A stretch of 64,000 bases of DNA from an uncultured Defluviitaleaceae bacterium (lineage in GTDB: Bacteria; Bacillota; Clostridia; Lachnospirales; WRBF01), in contig CAYXWM010000005.1 of assembly GCA_964468805.1 (NCBI GenBank), forward strand, positions 8,520 to 72,519. The letters are read 5' to 3'. Below, piece by piece: positions 1 through 9,552 of the stretch (position 1 is the first letter of the stretch; every line of letters starts with the position of its first letter). The position numbers and the translations under genes were made by a program. The notes beneath the pieces are model-generated. The model had not been told where the DNA came from, made no database searches, and worked only from the letters and a program-made list of their open reading frames with translations.

Positions 1-505
1 TGCCGTTACTCTGAACCCGTATCTGGGAACAGACAGCGTAGAACCCTTTTTAAAAGCCTGCGATGAATATGACAAAGCAATATTTATGCTTGTTAAAACC
101 AGCAATCCTTCAGGAAAAGAAATTCAAGATTTAATCGTTGAAGGAAAACCTCTTTATTTACACGTAGCTCAACTTGTAAATCAATGGGGCAGAAATTCCA
201 TGGGAAAATACGGTTTCAGCAAGGTTGGTGCCGTTGTTGGAGCAACTTACTCCGAACAGGGAGAAATACTCCGTAAAATTATCCCAAACACCTTCTTCTT
301 GGTGCCCGGTTACGGTGCTCAAGGAGCTACTGCGGCAGATTTAAAAGGTTACTTTGACAAAGACGGTAAGGGCTGTATTATAAATTCTTCAAGAGGAATA
401 ATTGCCGCATACAAACAAAACGACAAATATTCTCATGAAAACTACAGCGAAGCCGCCAGAGAAGCCGTGATTACTATGAAAAACACATTGGGTGAAGTAT
501 TGTGA
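1..505 (+). CDS. pyrF: Orotidine 5'-phosphate decarboxylase, long (type 2) form; 5' end outside window
   Basis: The frame is open from nt 2. The translation AVTLNPYLGTDSVEPF...PGYGAQGATAAD is typical of type-2 OMP decarboxylase, and pyrK-pyrD-pyrE follow. Confidence 0.85.
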   Translation, partial: AVTLNPYLGTDSVEPFLKACDEYDKAIFMLVKTSNPSGKEIQDLIVEGKPLYLHVAQLVNQWGRNSMGKYGFSKVGAVVGATYSEQGEILRKIIPNTFFLVPGYGAQGATAADLKGYFDKDGKGCIINSSRGIIAAYKQNDKYSHENYSEAAREAVITMKNTLGEVL

Positions 506-1269
506 AAAAAATAATTACCGGTGTTATACAAAACAGAGAGCAACTTTCTCAAAACATATTCAAATTAGTCGTAAAAGCCCCTGAAATTACAGCAGAAGCA
601 AAACCGGGACAATTTGTTAACATCTATCCCAATGACAAAAGCACTCTGCTTCCCAGACCTATCAGCATTTGCGATACGGACGGAGATTTGCTGAGTCTTG
701 TAATTGCGGTTGTGGGTAGCGGAACAGCGGAATTTTCCGATTATAAAGTTTCCCAAGAGATACGTTTAAGCAGTGCTTTGGGAAACGGTTTTGATTTAGA
801 TGCAATCGGCGATAAAAAAGATATTGCCGTTGTTGGCGGCGGTGTGGGTATACCGCCCATGCTTATGCTTGCAAAAGTACTGTCCGAAAAATACAATGTA
901 ACTGCATTTTTAGGTTACAGATCAGAGGTATTCTTAACCGAAGAATTTGAAAAGTACTGCCAAGAGGTGCATATAGCTACGGATAGCGGTGAAGCCGGCT
1001 TTAAGGGAAATGTAGTTCAATTGATAAAAGAAAAAGATGATTTTGAATATTTCTTATCCTGCGGACCCAAACCCATGTTAAAAGCCTTGACGGAACATAC
1101 CTGTGAAAAGGGTATACCTCTGCAAGTTTCTTTGGAAGAACGCATGGGTTGCGGTTACGGTGCCTGCGTGGGTTGTGTGTGTAAAATTAAAGATAATCAA
1201 ACAGCGGTACATAAAAGAGTTTGTACCGAAGGTCCTGTTTTTATGGGAAGCGAAGTGATTTGGGAATGA
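502..1269 (+). CDS. pyrK: Dihydroorotate dehydrogenase B, electron-transfer (FAD/2Fe-2S) subunit
   Basis: The GTG start overlaps the pyrF stop (GTGA). It has a C-terminal Cys cluster CGYGACVGCVC...C and sits between pyrF and pyrD. Confidence 0.9.
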   Translation: MKKIITGVIQNREQLSQNIFKLVVKAPEITAEAKPGQFVNIYPNDKSTLLPRPISICDTDGDLLSLVIAVVGSGTAEFSDYKVSQEIRLSSALGNGFDLDAIGDKKDIAVVGGGVGIPPMLMLAKVLSEKYNVTAFLGYRSEVFLTEEFEKYCQEVHIATDSGEAGFKGNVVQLIKEKDDFEYFLSCGPKPMLKALTEHTCEKGIPLQVSLEERMGCGYGACVGCVCKIKDNQTAVHKRVCTEGPVFMGSEVIWE

Positions 1270-2165
1270 ATTTATCGGTAGAAATAGCAAGCGTAAAGTT
1301 TGATAATCCCGTTTTTACTGCCTCCGGTACTTTTTCCAAGGAAAGTGCTCAATTTTATGATTTAAGCCAATTGGGAGCAATGATAACCAAAGGCGTAAGC
1401 CAAGAGCCTTGGGTAGGTAATCCCACGCCACGTATAGCGGAAGTATACGGAGGAATGTTAAACGCCGTCGGCTTGCAAAACCCGGGTATAGATTATTTTA
1501 TAGAAAACGAACTTCCGGCTTATTCGAAATTTAATACCAAAATAATAGCAAACGTTGCCGGCAGAACTACGGAAGAATATTGTGCCGTGGTTGAGCGTTT
1601 CAATGAAACAAATGCAGACATGACCGAAATAAACATTTCCTGTCCAAACATAAAAAAGGGCGGCATCAGTTTTGGTACAGATCCCAAATCGGCGGCAGAA
1701 ATAACAAAAGCCGTTAAAAAAGTCTCCAAAAAGCCTTTTGTTATAAAACTTTCTCCCAATGTAACAGATATTACGGAAATTGCCAAAGCAGTGGAAAGTG
1801 AAGGTGCGGATGCGGTTTCCTTAATCAATACCTTACTGGGCATGAGAATAGACATACATCGTTTTAAGCCCATCCTTGCCAATAAAATGGGCGGTTTTTC
1901 CGGCCCTGCCGTTAAACCCGTTGCTTTACGTATGGTTTATCAGGTAAGACGTGCCGTTAATATTCCCATAATCGGCCTTGGCGGTATAATGACCGGCGAA
2001 GACGCCGCCGAATTTATTATGGCAGGTGCAGATGCTGTTTGTGTGGGAACAGCCGCATTAATTTCACCCACAGCTCCCGTTGATGTTAAACAGGGCTTAA
2101 TTGATTATATGAACGCTCATAACTTTAATACTTTGCAAGACATCAGAGATGCATTTGAATATTAA
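1266..2165 (+). CDS. pyrD: Dihydroorotate dehydrogenase B catalytic subunit (class 1B)
   Basis: The ATG overlaps the pyrK stop (ATGA). Motifs GLQNPG, NISCPN and IIGLGGI are present. The longer upstream ORF start at 1221 is rejected. Confidence 0.9.
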   Translation: MNLSVEIASVKFDNPVFTASGTFSKESAQFYDLSQLGAMITKGVSQEPWVGNPTPRIAEVYGGMLNAVGLQNPGIDYFIENELPAYSKFNTKIIANVAGRTTEEYCAVVERFNETNADMTEINISCPNIKKGGISFGTDPKSAAEITKAVKKVSKKPFVIKLSPNVTDITEIAKAVESEGADAVSLINTLLGMRIDIHRFKPILANKMGGFSGPAVKPVALRMVYQVRRAVNIPIIGLGGIMTGEDAAEFIMAGADAVCVGTAALISPTAPVDVKQGLIDYMNAHNFNTLQDIRDAFEY

Positions 2166-2259
2166 TTAATTTATTATAGCTTAAAAATTATCTTCGGCTT
2201 TTGGGAAATATCCTCAAGGCATTAATCTTTTATATACTTTGACTTTCGGAGGCAAACTC

Positions 2260-2943
2260 ATGGGTTATAAAGAGGATTTTATCAAATTTATGGTTAGCTC
2301 AAACGTGTTGATGTTTGGCGATTTTGTTACAAAAAGTGGTAGAAATACGCCTTATTTCATTAATACCGGAAATTTTAAAACCGGCAGACAGGCTGATTTG
2401 TTAGGACAATATTACGCCGCCTGTATTTCTGAAAATATGAATAACAACCTTATTCCCAAAGATGTGTCCGCATTATACGGACCGGCTTACAAGGGTATTC
2501 CCTTGGCTGTTTCGGCGGCTATTTCTTTGTCTAAATTAATGGACGAGGACGTAAACTACTGCTTCAACAGAAAAGAAGTCAAAGATCACGGAGAAGGCGG
2601 TAATCTTATAGGTTACAAACTAAAAGACGGTGACTCAGTCTTGATAATAGAAGACGTTTTAACCGCAGGTACAGCCGTCAGAGAATCAATTCCCATACTT
2701 AAATCCATAGCAGATGTTAATATAGTCGGTTTGGTAATTTCCGTTGACCGCATGGAAAAAGGTCAAGGAGATTTAACCGCCATAGAAGAACTCTACAACG
2801 ACTACGGAATAAAAACTTTCCCCATAGTAACGGTAAAAGACATTATTAACACTCTTCACAATCAAAACATAGACGGAAACATTATAATAAACGACGAAAT
2901 TAAAGAAAAAATGTGTAATTACATGAATACTTATTGCAAATAA
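2260..2943 (+). CDS. pyrE: Orotate phosphoribosyltransferase
   Basis: GGAGG lies about 8 nt upstream of ATG 2260. The PRPP-binding loop VLIIEDVLTAGTA is present. Confidence 0.9.
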   Translation: MGYKEDFIKFMVSSNVLMFGDFVTKSGRNTPYFINTGNFKTGRQADLLGQYYAACISENMNNNLIPKDVSALYGPAYKGIPLAVSAAISLSKLMDEDVNYCFNRKEVKDHGEGGNLIGYKLKDGDSVLIIEDVLTAGTAVRESIPILKSIADVNIVGLVISVDRMEKGQGDLTAIEELYNDYGIKTFPIVTVKDIINTLHNQNIDGNIIINDEIKEKMCNYMNTYCK

Positions 2944-2960
2944 TCTTATTAAGCTTCTTC

Positions 2961-2998
2961 CCCGGAGACAATGCACATATCTCCGGGTTTCTTATTTT
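2961..2998 (+). terminator. Intrinsic terminator after pyrE
   Basis: CCCGGAGA...TCTCCGGG is followed by TTTCTTATTTT. Confidence 0.8.
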
Positions 2999-3230
2999 CA
3001 AACAGGCTTTAGCTATTACTTCAACGGCAGTTAAGTACTACTCAAAAATTAAATAACATAGGGTTTTTAATCGATAATTACAAAATGTTTTGCTTAATAA
3101 CTTTTATTACTAAATAAAATGTATTTTCTTGTCGATATACTTAGAGATATTAATAAGCTGACTTAACGAACTATGAGACGCGTAATAATCTTATAAGATG
3201 CAAAACAAATGCATCCCACCGGTTATTTCC

Positions 3231-3260
3231 TTGACTTAACGGAAAGCAAAATGCTAGAAT
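3231..3260 (+). promoter_or_regulatory. Sigma-A-type promoter upstream of the MCP gene
   Basis: The elements are TTGACT, an 18-nt spacer, and TAGAAT with an extended -10 TGc. Confidence 0.5.
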
Positions 3261-3356
3261 AATTATTATGTTTATTAATTGGGAGGTTTATAGCAGTTCC
3301 GTTTCTCTGTAATTAATAGGGTTTACAATAACACATACAATAGAGGAGAATGGGTT

Positions 3357-6011
3357 ATGGACAAAACAAAAAGAAACTTTAGTATTCGCTGGAAGATATT
3401 GATTCCGGTAATAATAATTTTGATTCTGTCTCAACTAATCGTATCCTTTCTGACCAACGGCGAAAGCAGAAAACTTTTGCTGCATAATGTTAATGAATTG
3501 CTTAAAAGCGATGCAAGCAGAATGGATGCAATAATTTCACAATGGAACGAAAATGCATGGGCTGTAGTTAATGCTATGTATGAACTGGAAGAAGTACAGG
3601 AATTGGCCAGAGGCGGTAGCAAAGAACCGGCCAACGCTGCTCTTGCTAAACTTTTCAAGAATAATATTGACTTGGGCGGTTATCCTCTTTATGCAAACAT
3701 GATATTTTTGAATAAGGACTTTATTGTAACCGCAGGAGCCTTTGAAGGCGGTATGGGGTTAAACGCGAAGGACGTGCCTGCCTTTGTACCCAACTGTGAA
3801 GAGGCGTTAAAAGGTAATAAGCATATAAGCGAAGTAACTGCTTCACCGGTTACCGGACTAATGGAATCCTGGTTCAGCAGACCTATTTTCGACGGCAACG
3901 AATTTTTGGGTATGGTAGTTGTTCCTGTTCATACTCAAGGGCTTACACGTTATTTAAGTGAGAAAAACGGTGACGCTGATGTTAAGGTTACTTTTGTTGC
4001 CGATCCCTTTAATACTATTGCATCATCTACAGACCCCGATTTGATAAACAAAAAAGTAGACGAATTGGGTATACCCACGTCAAACACTCAAGACGGAAAG
4101 GTTTACGATTTTAAATCCAAAGACAATACAGATACTCTTGGATACCACATAATAACCAAAGAACCGCAATGGACTGTTTACAGCATAATAAATAAAGAGC
4201 AAGCTATGAATTCATCCTATGTACTTGTAGCTATACTCTCCGGTGTGGTTATTACCATACTTTGCTCCATATTAATTTATTTTATAATCGTTCGCATCAC
4301 AAAACCCATAGGCAAACTTACCGGCATAGCTAAAGATGTTGCCGCAGGACGCATTAACGTTAATATAGATAAATCCGGAAACGATGAAATCGGACAATTG
4401 GCACGTTCATTTGACGAAGTTATAGGAAGTATTAATATGCTGATGGACGAGTTTCATTCCGTTAGCGACTCTATTACCCAAGGAAATATTAACAACAGAG
4501 TCAACGAAGATATACTCCGGGGCAGCTATAAAGACATGGCTGTTGGGGTTAACTTTATAATAAAATCTTTGGTGACTTATCTGGACGATATCAGCAATCC
4601 CATAGCCATAGTAGACCAAGAATACAGACTGCTGTATCTAAACAATGCAGCCAAAAACCTGGCAGGGCTACCGGATACAACTTCTTCATTGGGTAAAAAC
4701 ATATTAACTATAGTTAACGTAAATATGGAAGACCCATCGAAATTTGCGTTGAGAAGAGCTTTGGCTCATGGAGAAAGTGCTGTAACCGAAACAACGCTGA
4801 TCGCAAACAATAAAACTTATGAAGTGGAATATACTTCTGTACCCATTAAAAACAAAAGCGGCAATGTAGTGGCTGCTGTAGGTGTTATTAATGACCTTAC
4901 TTCCATAAGGGCAGCACAATACTTGGCTGAAAAACAATCCGAATACCAAAACAATGAAGTAGAGAAACTGATTGCCTGTCTTAACCGTCTATCCAAAGGC
5001 GATTTAAGTATAAATTATGATACAGCACCATGGGATAAAGATACGGAAGCTATCAGTTCAAACTTCCGCAAACTGGGCAAATCTCTGGAAGAAAGTTGTT
5101 CCAACATCAGAAGTTATATAAGCGAAATGAAAGATAACTTAACTGATTTGTCCGACAAGAATTTCAATATAGAAATTTCAAGGCAATACTTGGGCGAATT
5201 TGTTGCCATAAAGGACTCCATAAACCACATAGTAAACACAATGAACGAATTCTTTGTTGAATTGCAATCCTTGGCTTACCAAGTAAAAGAAGGTTCCGAT
5301 ATGGTTTCTTCCACCAGCCATTCCTTATCATCCGGTTTTAAAGAACAAATGGATGCTGTTTCCGTAATTAATGATTCCATATCAAAAATAGTAAACCAAA
5401 TCGACCGTAACGCCGATAATGCTCTAGAGGCCACACAATTATCAGACATAGCCAAATCCAATGCGGAGAACGGAAGTATACAGATGGCAGAAATGATATC
5501 CGCAATGGATGAAATTAAAAATTCCTCCGACGTTATTGCAAAGATAATTAAGGTTATCGAAGAAATAGCTTTCCAAACCAACCTTCTTGCACTAAATGCC
5601 GCTGTTGAAGCCGCCCGTGCGGGACAACACGGCAAGGGCTTTGCGGTTGTTGCAGAAGAAGTAAGAAGCCTTGCTTCAAGAAGCTCCGCTGCCGCTCAAG
5701 AATCCACAGCCATGATAAGCAATTCCTTGGAAAAGGTATCAAGAGGCGTTGAAATAGTTCATCATACGGCAGAATCCTTTGAAAAGATTGTTTCGGCTAC
5801 AACTGATGTCGCCGGCATAGTCAACAAAATCAAAGACTCCTCCGAAGAACAATCAAGCACCATAACCACCATTAGACAAGGAATCGAACAAATTTACAAC
5901 GTTACTCATTCCAATTCCGATGCTGTGGACCAAAGCGTATCCTCCAGCAACCACCTTGAAAACCAAGCAGAATTGCTTCAATCCATGGTAGAGCAATTTA
6001 AGTTAAAGTAA
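3357..6011 (+). CDS. Methyl-accepting chemotaxis protein (periplasmic Cache-like sensor, HAMP, PAS-like, MCP signalling domain)
   Basis: Two TM segments flank a ~270-aa extracellular domain. The conserved signalling hairpin [39 protein letters not shown] is present. Confidence 0.9.
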   Translation: MDKTKRNFSIRWKILIPVIIILILSQLIVSFLTNGESRKLLLHNVNELLKSDASRMDAIISQWNENAWAVVNAMYELEEVQELARGGSKEPANAALAKLFKNNIDLGGYPLYANMIFLNKDFIVTAGAFEGGMGLNAKDVPAFVPNCEEALKGNKHISEVTASPVTGLMESWFSRPIFDGNEFLGMVVVPVHTQGLTRYLSEKNGDADVKVTFVADPFNTIASSTDPDLINKKVDELGIPTSNTQDGKVYDFKSKDNTDTLGYHIITKEPQWTVYSIINKEQAMNSSYVLVAILSGVVITILCSILIYFIIVRITKPIGKLTGIAKDVAAGRINVNIDKSGNDEIGQLARSFDEVIGSINMLMDEFHSVSDSITQGNINNRVNEDILRGSYKDMAVGVNFIIKSLVTYLDDISNPIAIVDQEYRLLYLNNAAKNLAGLPDTTSSLGKNILTIVNVNMEDPSKFALRRALAHGESAVTETTLIANNKTYEVEYTSVPIKNKSGNVVAAVGVINDLTSIRAAQYLAEKQSEYQNNEVEKLIACLNRLSKGDLSINYDTAPWDKDTEAISSNFRKLGKSLEESCSNIRSYISEMKDNLTDLSDKNFNIEISRQYLGEFVAIKDSINHIVNTMNEFFVELQSLAYQVKEGSDMVSSTSHSLSSGFKEQMDAVSVINDSISKIVNQIDRNADNALEATQLSDIAKSNAENGSIQMAEMISAMDEIKNSSDVIAKIIKVIEEIAFQTNLLALNAAVEAARAGQHGKGFAVVAEEVRSLASRSSAAAQESTAMISNSLEKVSRGVEIVHHTAESFEKIVSATTDVAGIVNKIKDSSEEQSSTITTIRQGIEQIYNVTHSNSDAVDQSVSSSNHLENQAELLQSMVEQFKLK

Positions 6012-6025
6012 TAGAAGTTGAGTAT

Positions 6026-6162
6026 ATACTTAATTGCTTGTTAAGTAGTAACAATAGCGTATATTCGTAGTGGTGAGCGACCGGTGTTTTTTCATAAAAA
6101 CGCAAGAGCGAACCGTTCACGAAGAATAGCTTTTGTTACAATTCCTTATGAAATTAAGTATA
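6026..6162 (+). repeat. MITE-like repeat family R2, full copy (137 bp, TIR TATACTTAATT...AATTAAGTATA, long imperfect palindrome)
   Basis: It is near-identical to 63493-63630 and, in inverted orientation, to 35618-35756. It is intergenic, 14 nt after the MCP stop. Confidence 0.85.
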
Positions 6163-6171
6163 GAATAATCA

Positions 6172-6200
6172 AAACCACCGGTCAAACGGTGGTTTTCTTT
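6172..6200 (+). terminator. Intrinsic terminator after the MCP gene (downstream of the R2 copy)
   Basis: AAACCACCG-GTCAAA-CGGTGGTTT is followed by TCTTT. Confidence 0.7.
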
Positions 6201-6254
6201 CGTCAAAAAATCCCTATGAGTCTTAACACATAGGGATTTCGTATTTATATTAAA

Positions 6255-6357
6255 GTACTAACTTTAAATAAGAAAAAGGACAAAAATAATCGTTTTTTCC
6301 TTAACCGTTGGAAAAAATCAATTATTTTTGTCCTATATTTAAAATGGAATCAATATA
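6255..6357. repeat. MITE-like palindromic repeat family R1 (core AGGACAAAAATAATYG...CAATTATTTTTGTCCT)
   Basis: The long hairpin-forming core is shared with 9483-9552, 32322-32424 and 48559-48664. The right end directly abuts the surE stop codon (6358). Confidence 0.8.
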
Positions 6358-7125
6358 CTACATAGACATATCCCAATTCAAAGGTGTAACGGAGATAACT
6401 CTGTCTTTATAGACTGCGTAAATGTCGCTGTTTTTTTCTAATTCATCCTCGTGAACGTAAATTCTTGACTTTAAAGAAAAGGGTTGAGAAAAATCACGGG
6501 GTTGGGGTTTAATAAACTCAAAATAGTTTTGTCGGCTTTGTTTTGTAAATCTGTGTTTATCGGGAGAAATTTCTCCGTAAGGTATGTTTACATTAAGCAT
6601 TGCGGCGTTTTTGGGCATACCTTCTTGGAAAAACTTTTGTACCCAGTACTTTGCCGTTTCCTTGGCTGAGGTCCAATCCCTATGTACATAATTTTCGGAA
6701 CGTTGATTTTTTAAATCCGTTTCCAGAGAAAGAGCAATTCCCGGAATATAAAAGGAACAAGCCTCCAAAACCGCACCAACCGTACCGCTGCAAGTCAAAA
6801 CCATTCCTAAATTTTCGCCGTAATTGATACCGCTTACACAGAGGTCGGGTTTTCGTGGAGCCAATTCCAGTATGGCATGGGCTACTACAAAAGCCGGTGA
6901 ACCGTATACTCCGTAACCCATAACTTTCTTACCGTTAATATCTAAAGGACATTCTTCAATTATTCCCAACTCGGGAGTTCGCGGAAAGGCTCGTCCCATT
7001 CCGGTTTGTTGGCTGTGAGGTGCAACAATCAGTAATTCGCCCAAGTCGCTTAATGCTTCCGCACTTGCCGCCAAACCGGGAGAATATATTCCGTCATCGT
7101 TGGTAATTAAAATTAATGGTTTCAT
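6358..7125 (-). CDS. surE: 5'/3'-nucleotidase SurE
   Basis: N-terminal motif LITNDDGIYSPGL and GINYGENLG are present. The start directly abuts the upstream stop (TAAATG). Confidence 0.85.
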   Translation of the reverse strand: MKPLILITNDDGIYSPGLAASAEALSDLGELLIVAPHSQQTGMGRAFPRTPELGIIEECPLDINGKKVMGYGVYGSPAFVVAHAILELAPRKPDLCVSGINYGENLGMVLTCSGTVGAVLEACSFYIPGIALSLETDLKNQRSENYVHRDWTSAKETAKYWVQKFFQEGMPKNAAMLNVNIPYGEISPDKHRFTKQSRQNYFEFIKPQPRDFSQPFSLKSRIYVHEDELEKNSDIYAVYKDRVISVTPLNWDMSM

Positions 7126-8772
7126 TTAATTTTCCTTTCCGAGCAAAGGTTGTCCGTCCTGATCGTAGTCTTCTTTGTGATAATCATACTTTTTGGGATT
7201 TCGGCTGATTTTCAGTACACTTACGATAAACAGCAGAACCAAAAACATATTGGGGAAGCCGCCTAAATTGGATGCGGCTTTTATTCCGTCTATACCTGCC
7301 ACGCTTAATAAAATCCATGTAACAGCACCTATGGTTAATCCCCATATTATTTTCAGCCAAGAGTATGATTCTTTTTCAGTCATGGTATCACCGTTGATGC
7401 AAAGCCCTGCCATTGCTGTTGTATTGGAATCGGATGCTGTAACGAAGGATATAAATACAGTAAACAGGTAAAAGGGAATTATTATCAAGGGTAGCGGTAA
7501 TTTGTCGAACAGAGCATATACAATTGATTCAGGACCTCTTTCCGCCAGAAGACCGCTAAAGCCTCCGCCGTTTAGTTCATAAAACAAAGATGCCGTGGAA
7601 AACAGTCCCATCCAGATTGTTGCAAAAACCGATGGTATAACGAAATTGCAGATTATTCCTTGCCTTACAGTATAACCCTTGAGAATTTTACCAAGGAAGA
7701 TGGCTGCTATGGGAGTCCAAGCAAGCCAGTTACACCAATAGAATATGGGCCATGATTTTGACCATCCGTCATTAAATACGTCTCCGGTAGCCAAGCTTAA
7801 TTTAAAGAAATCAGTAAAGTAAGCACCCAGAGATTCGCTTGCAAAATTAAGCATAAATACCGTTGGGCCGAAGACAGCCAAGAAAACCAGTATTACCATA
7901 TAAACCTTGGAATTTATGCCTGATAAAATTCTTATTCCTTTACTTACTCCGGAAATACTGGAGATAACAAAAGTAGCAACAACCAAAATAATAATTATGC
8001 CCCATGAAACGGGATTACTTTGTATATTGAAAACCCGCTCCATTCCGCCCGCCAAGGTCAAAGTACCGGTTCCCAAGGAAGCCGCCATACCTGTAACCAA
8101 AGCGAAGAGGCAAACTATATCTATAATAGAATTGTATTTTGTCGCCTTTTTACCAAAAACCGGTATCAACGCAGAACCTACGGAAAATTTTTGTTTCATA
8201 TTATAAAGTACAAAGGCAAACAAAATTGTAGCTACTGTATATATGGCGTAGGGTGACCAAGTCCATTCAAGAAACATGGTTTTCATAGCAAAAACAGCGG
8301 CTTCCCTACTGCCGGGGGCAGCACCCTCCATTGCCGCAGGTTGATACATATGATAAAGGGGTTCAGCACATGCCCAAAACAAAATTCCTGCGGCTATAGT
8401 TGTGCAAAGGGTAACCCATACAAGATTTCCGTAAGACAAAATCGGATCTGCTTTTCTGCCTCCTATTCTGACTTTTCCCAAGGGTGAAAAATATATTATT
8501 ATTACAGTAACAACACAACTTAAAGTTGTCAAGTTAAACAGCCACGCAAATCCGTTTAAAATCCAATCGGTTGTGGCATTCAATCCCGCCAAAAATTGCT
8601 CTCCGTTGGTTAAACTGACTACTACCATCAATACCAAAAGTGCCCAAGGGATAAGGAAAACCGGCTTGTTGACGGTTAGGTCTATGTCTTTTTCGTTATT
8701 TATGGTTAAGACCATGTCGTTCTCTTTATCTATGGTTAGGATTAAGTCTTTTTCTTTTCCGTTTTCATGCAT
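7126..8772 (-). CDS. BCCT-family betaine/carnitine/choline transporter
   Basis: The profile is polytopic. The BCCT signature-like region WPIFYWCNWLAWTPIAAIFLGKI is present. The ATG overlaps the upstream stop (ATGCATGA), which supports this start. Confidence 0.85.
   Translation of the reverse strand: MHENGKEKDLILTIDKENDMVLTINNEKDIDLTVNKPVFLIPWALLVLMVVVSLTNGEQFLAGLNATTDWILNGFAWLFNLTTLSCVVTVIIIYFSPLGKVRIGGRKADPILSYGNLVWVTLCTTIAAGILFWACAEPLYHMYQPAAMEGAAPGSREAAVFAMKTMFLEWTWSPYAIYTVATILFAFVLYNMKQKFSVGSALIPVFGKKATKYNSIIDIVCLFALVTGMAASLGTGTLTLAGGMERVFNIQSNPVSWGIIIILVVATFVISSISGVSKGIRILSGINSKVYMVILVFLAVFGPTVFMLNFASESLGAYFTDFFKLSLATGDVFNDGWSKSWPIFYWCNWLAWTPIAAIFLGKILKGYTVRQGIICNFVIPSVFATIWMGLFSTASLFYELNGGGFSGLLAERGPESIVYALFDKLPLPLIIIPFYLFTVFISFVTASDSNTTAMAGLCINGDTMTEKESYSWLKIIWGLTIGAVTWILLSVAGIDGIKAASNLGGFPNMFLVLLFIVSVLKISRNPKKYDYHKEDYDQDGQPLLGKEN
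8674..8763 (-). repeat. 3 x 30-nt in-frame tandem repeat in the 5' end of the BCCT transporter gene
   Basis: Plus-strand units run 8674-8703, 8704-8733 and 8734-8763. They encode K-DLILTIDKEN / DMVLTINNEK / DIDLTVNK. Confidence 0.8.
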
Positions 8773-9277
8773 TTATACTGCTCCTTTCGGTTTTTACGGT
8801 ACGTACAATGCAATGCTCCTTAACAATATCCAAAATTTGTTCAGACTGTTGGGAACTTAAAACACGTTTGGGTATACAAAACAAGTTTCCGTCTATTTTA
8901 AAGGTAATTACGTTTTCCGACAAAAATACTTCGCTTTTACCTTTTACAAATTCCTGTTTTGTTTGGTTACCCACAATTCCGTTTTTTTGTATATCTATTC
9001 TGTAAATACCGCCTCGGGCGGTAATCTTTTCAGCTTTATTTTTCCTCTTTAATTCAAATCCGTATAATATATAAAACAGCAGACCCAATATCATTACAAG
9101 AAGACCGAATAAATAAAATTCCTTAGGGTTATACATATAAGAAAAAATCAGAATAACCCCCAACAGACTTAAGATAGCAACATTAACACGTTTATAACGG
9201 CCTTCTTTTTTCCATGCTGCACAAAGCAGTGATTCTTCCACTTCTTTGGGCAGTAGTTCGTATTCTAAGTAATTCAT
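8765..9277 (-). CDS. YcxB-like membrane protein (two TM helices plus C-terminal soluble domain)
   Basis: GGAGG lies 7 nt upstream of ATG 9277. There are two central hydrophobic helices. The C-terminal ...LFCIPKRVL... resembles the YcxB-like domain. Function is unknown. Confidence 0.45.
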   Translation of the reverse strand: MNYLEYELLPKEVEESLLCAAWKKEGRYKRVNVAILSLLGVILIFSYMYNPKEFYLFGLLVMILGLLFYILYGFELKRKNKAEKITARGGIYRIDIQKNGIVGNQTKQEFVKGKSEVFLSENVITFKIDGNLFCIPKRVLSSQQSEQILDIVKEHCIVRTVKTERSSINA

Positions 9278-9482
9278 CGGCAATCCTCCGTTTCTTAATA
9301 TTTACAGAGTTATGTCAATTTGAAAAATTGAGTTAATTATTAGTTTTAAATAAAAAATCAGGTTTCAGGCAAATAAGGTGCTTTTGAAATTGTGAAATTA
9401 AATCGTAACAAAATCAAAGAAATGAAAAAAAGTATTGTACAGCTAAGGCGAATTGTTTATATAGAGATCAAATGTGAGAATT

Positions 9483-9552
9483 ATAATGATTCCGTTTTAA
9501 ACAAAGGACAAAAATAATTGATTTTGTCCTTCCTTATTTGGAATTAGTATAT
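9483..9552. repeat. R1 family, short copy (about 70 bp, central loop deleted)
   Basis: The sequence is AATGATTCCGTTTTAAACAAAGGACAAAAATAATTGATTTTGTCCTTCCTTATTTGGAATTAGTATAT. Confidence 0.75.

Noticed and set aside
3126-3140. Recurrent TATATACTT motifs (also near 9549, 30258 and 46054) as possible solo R1/R2 termini.
   Set aside because: The matches are only 9-10 nt in an AT-rich genome and lack the following AATT(G/C)C part of the termini. They are indistinguishable from chance.
6012-6360. A replication terminus or dif site at the plus-to-minus strand switch.
   Set aside because: No sequence resembles the Firmicute dif consensus (ACTTCCTAGAATATATATTATGTAAACT). Plus-strand genes such as gap and hup recur later. 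A single convergent junction is not evidence for a terminus.
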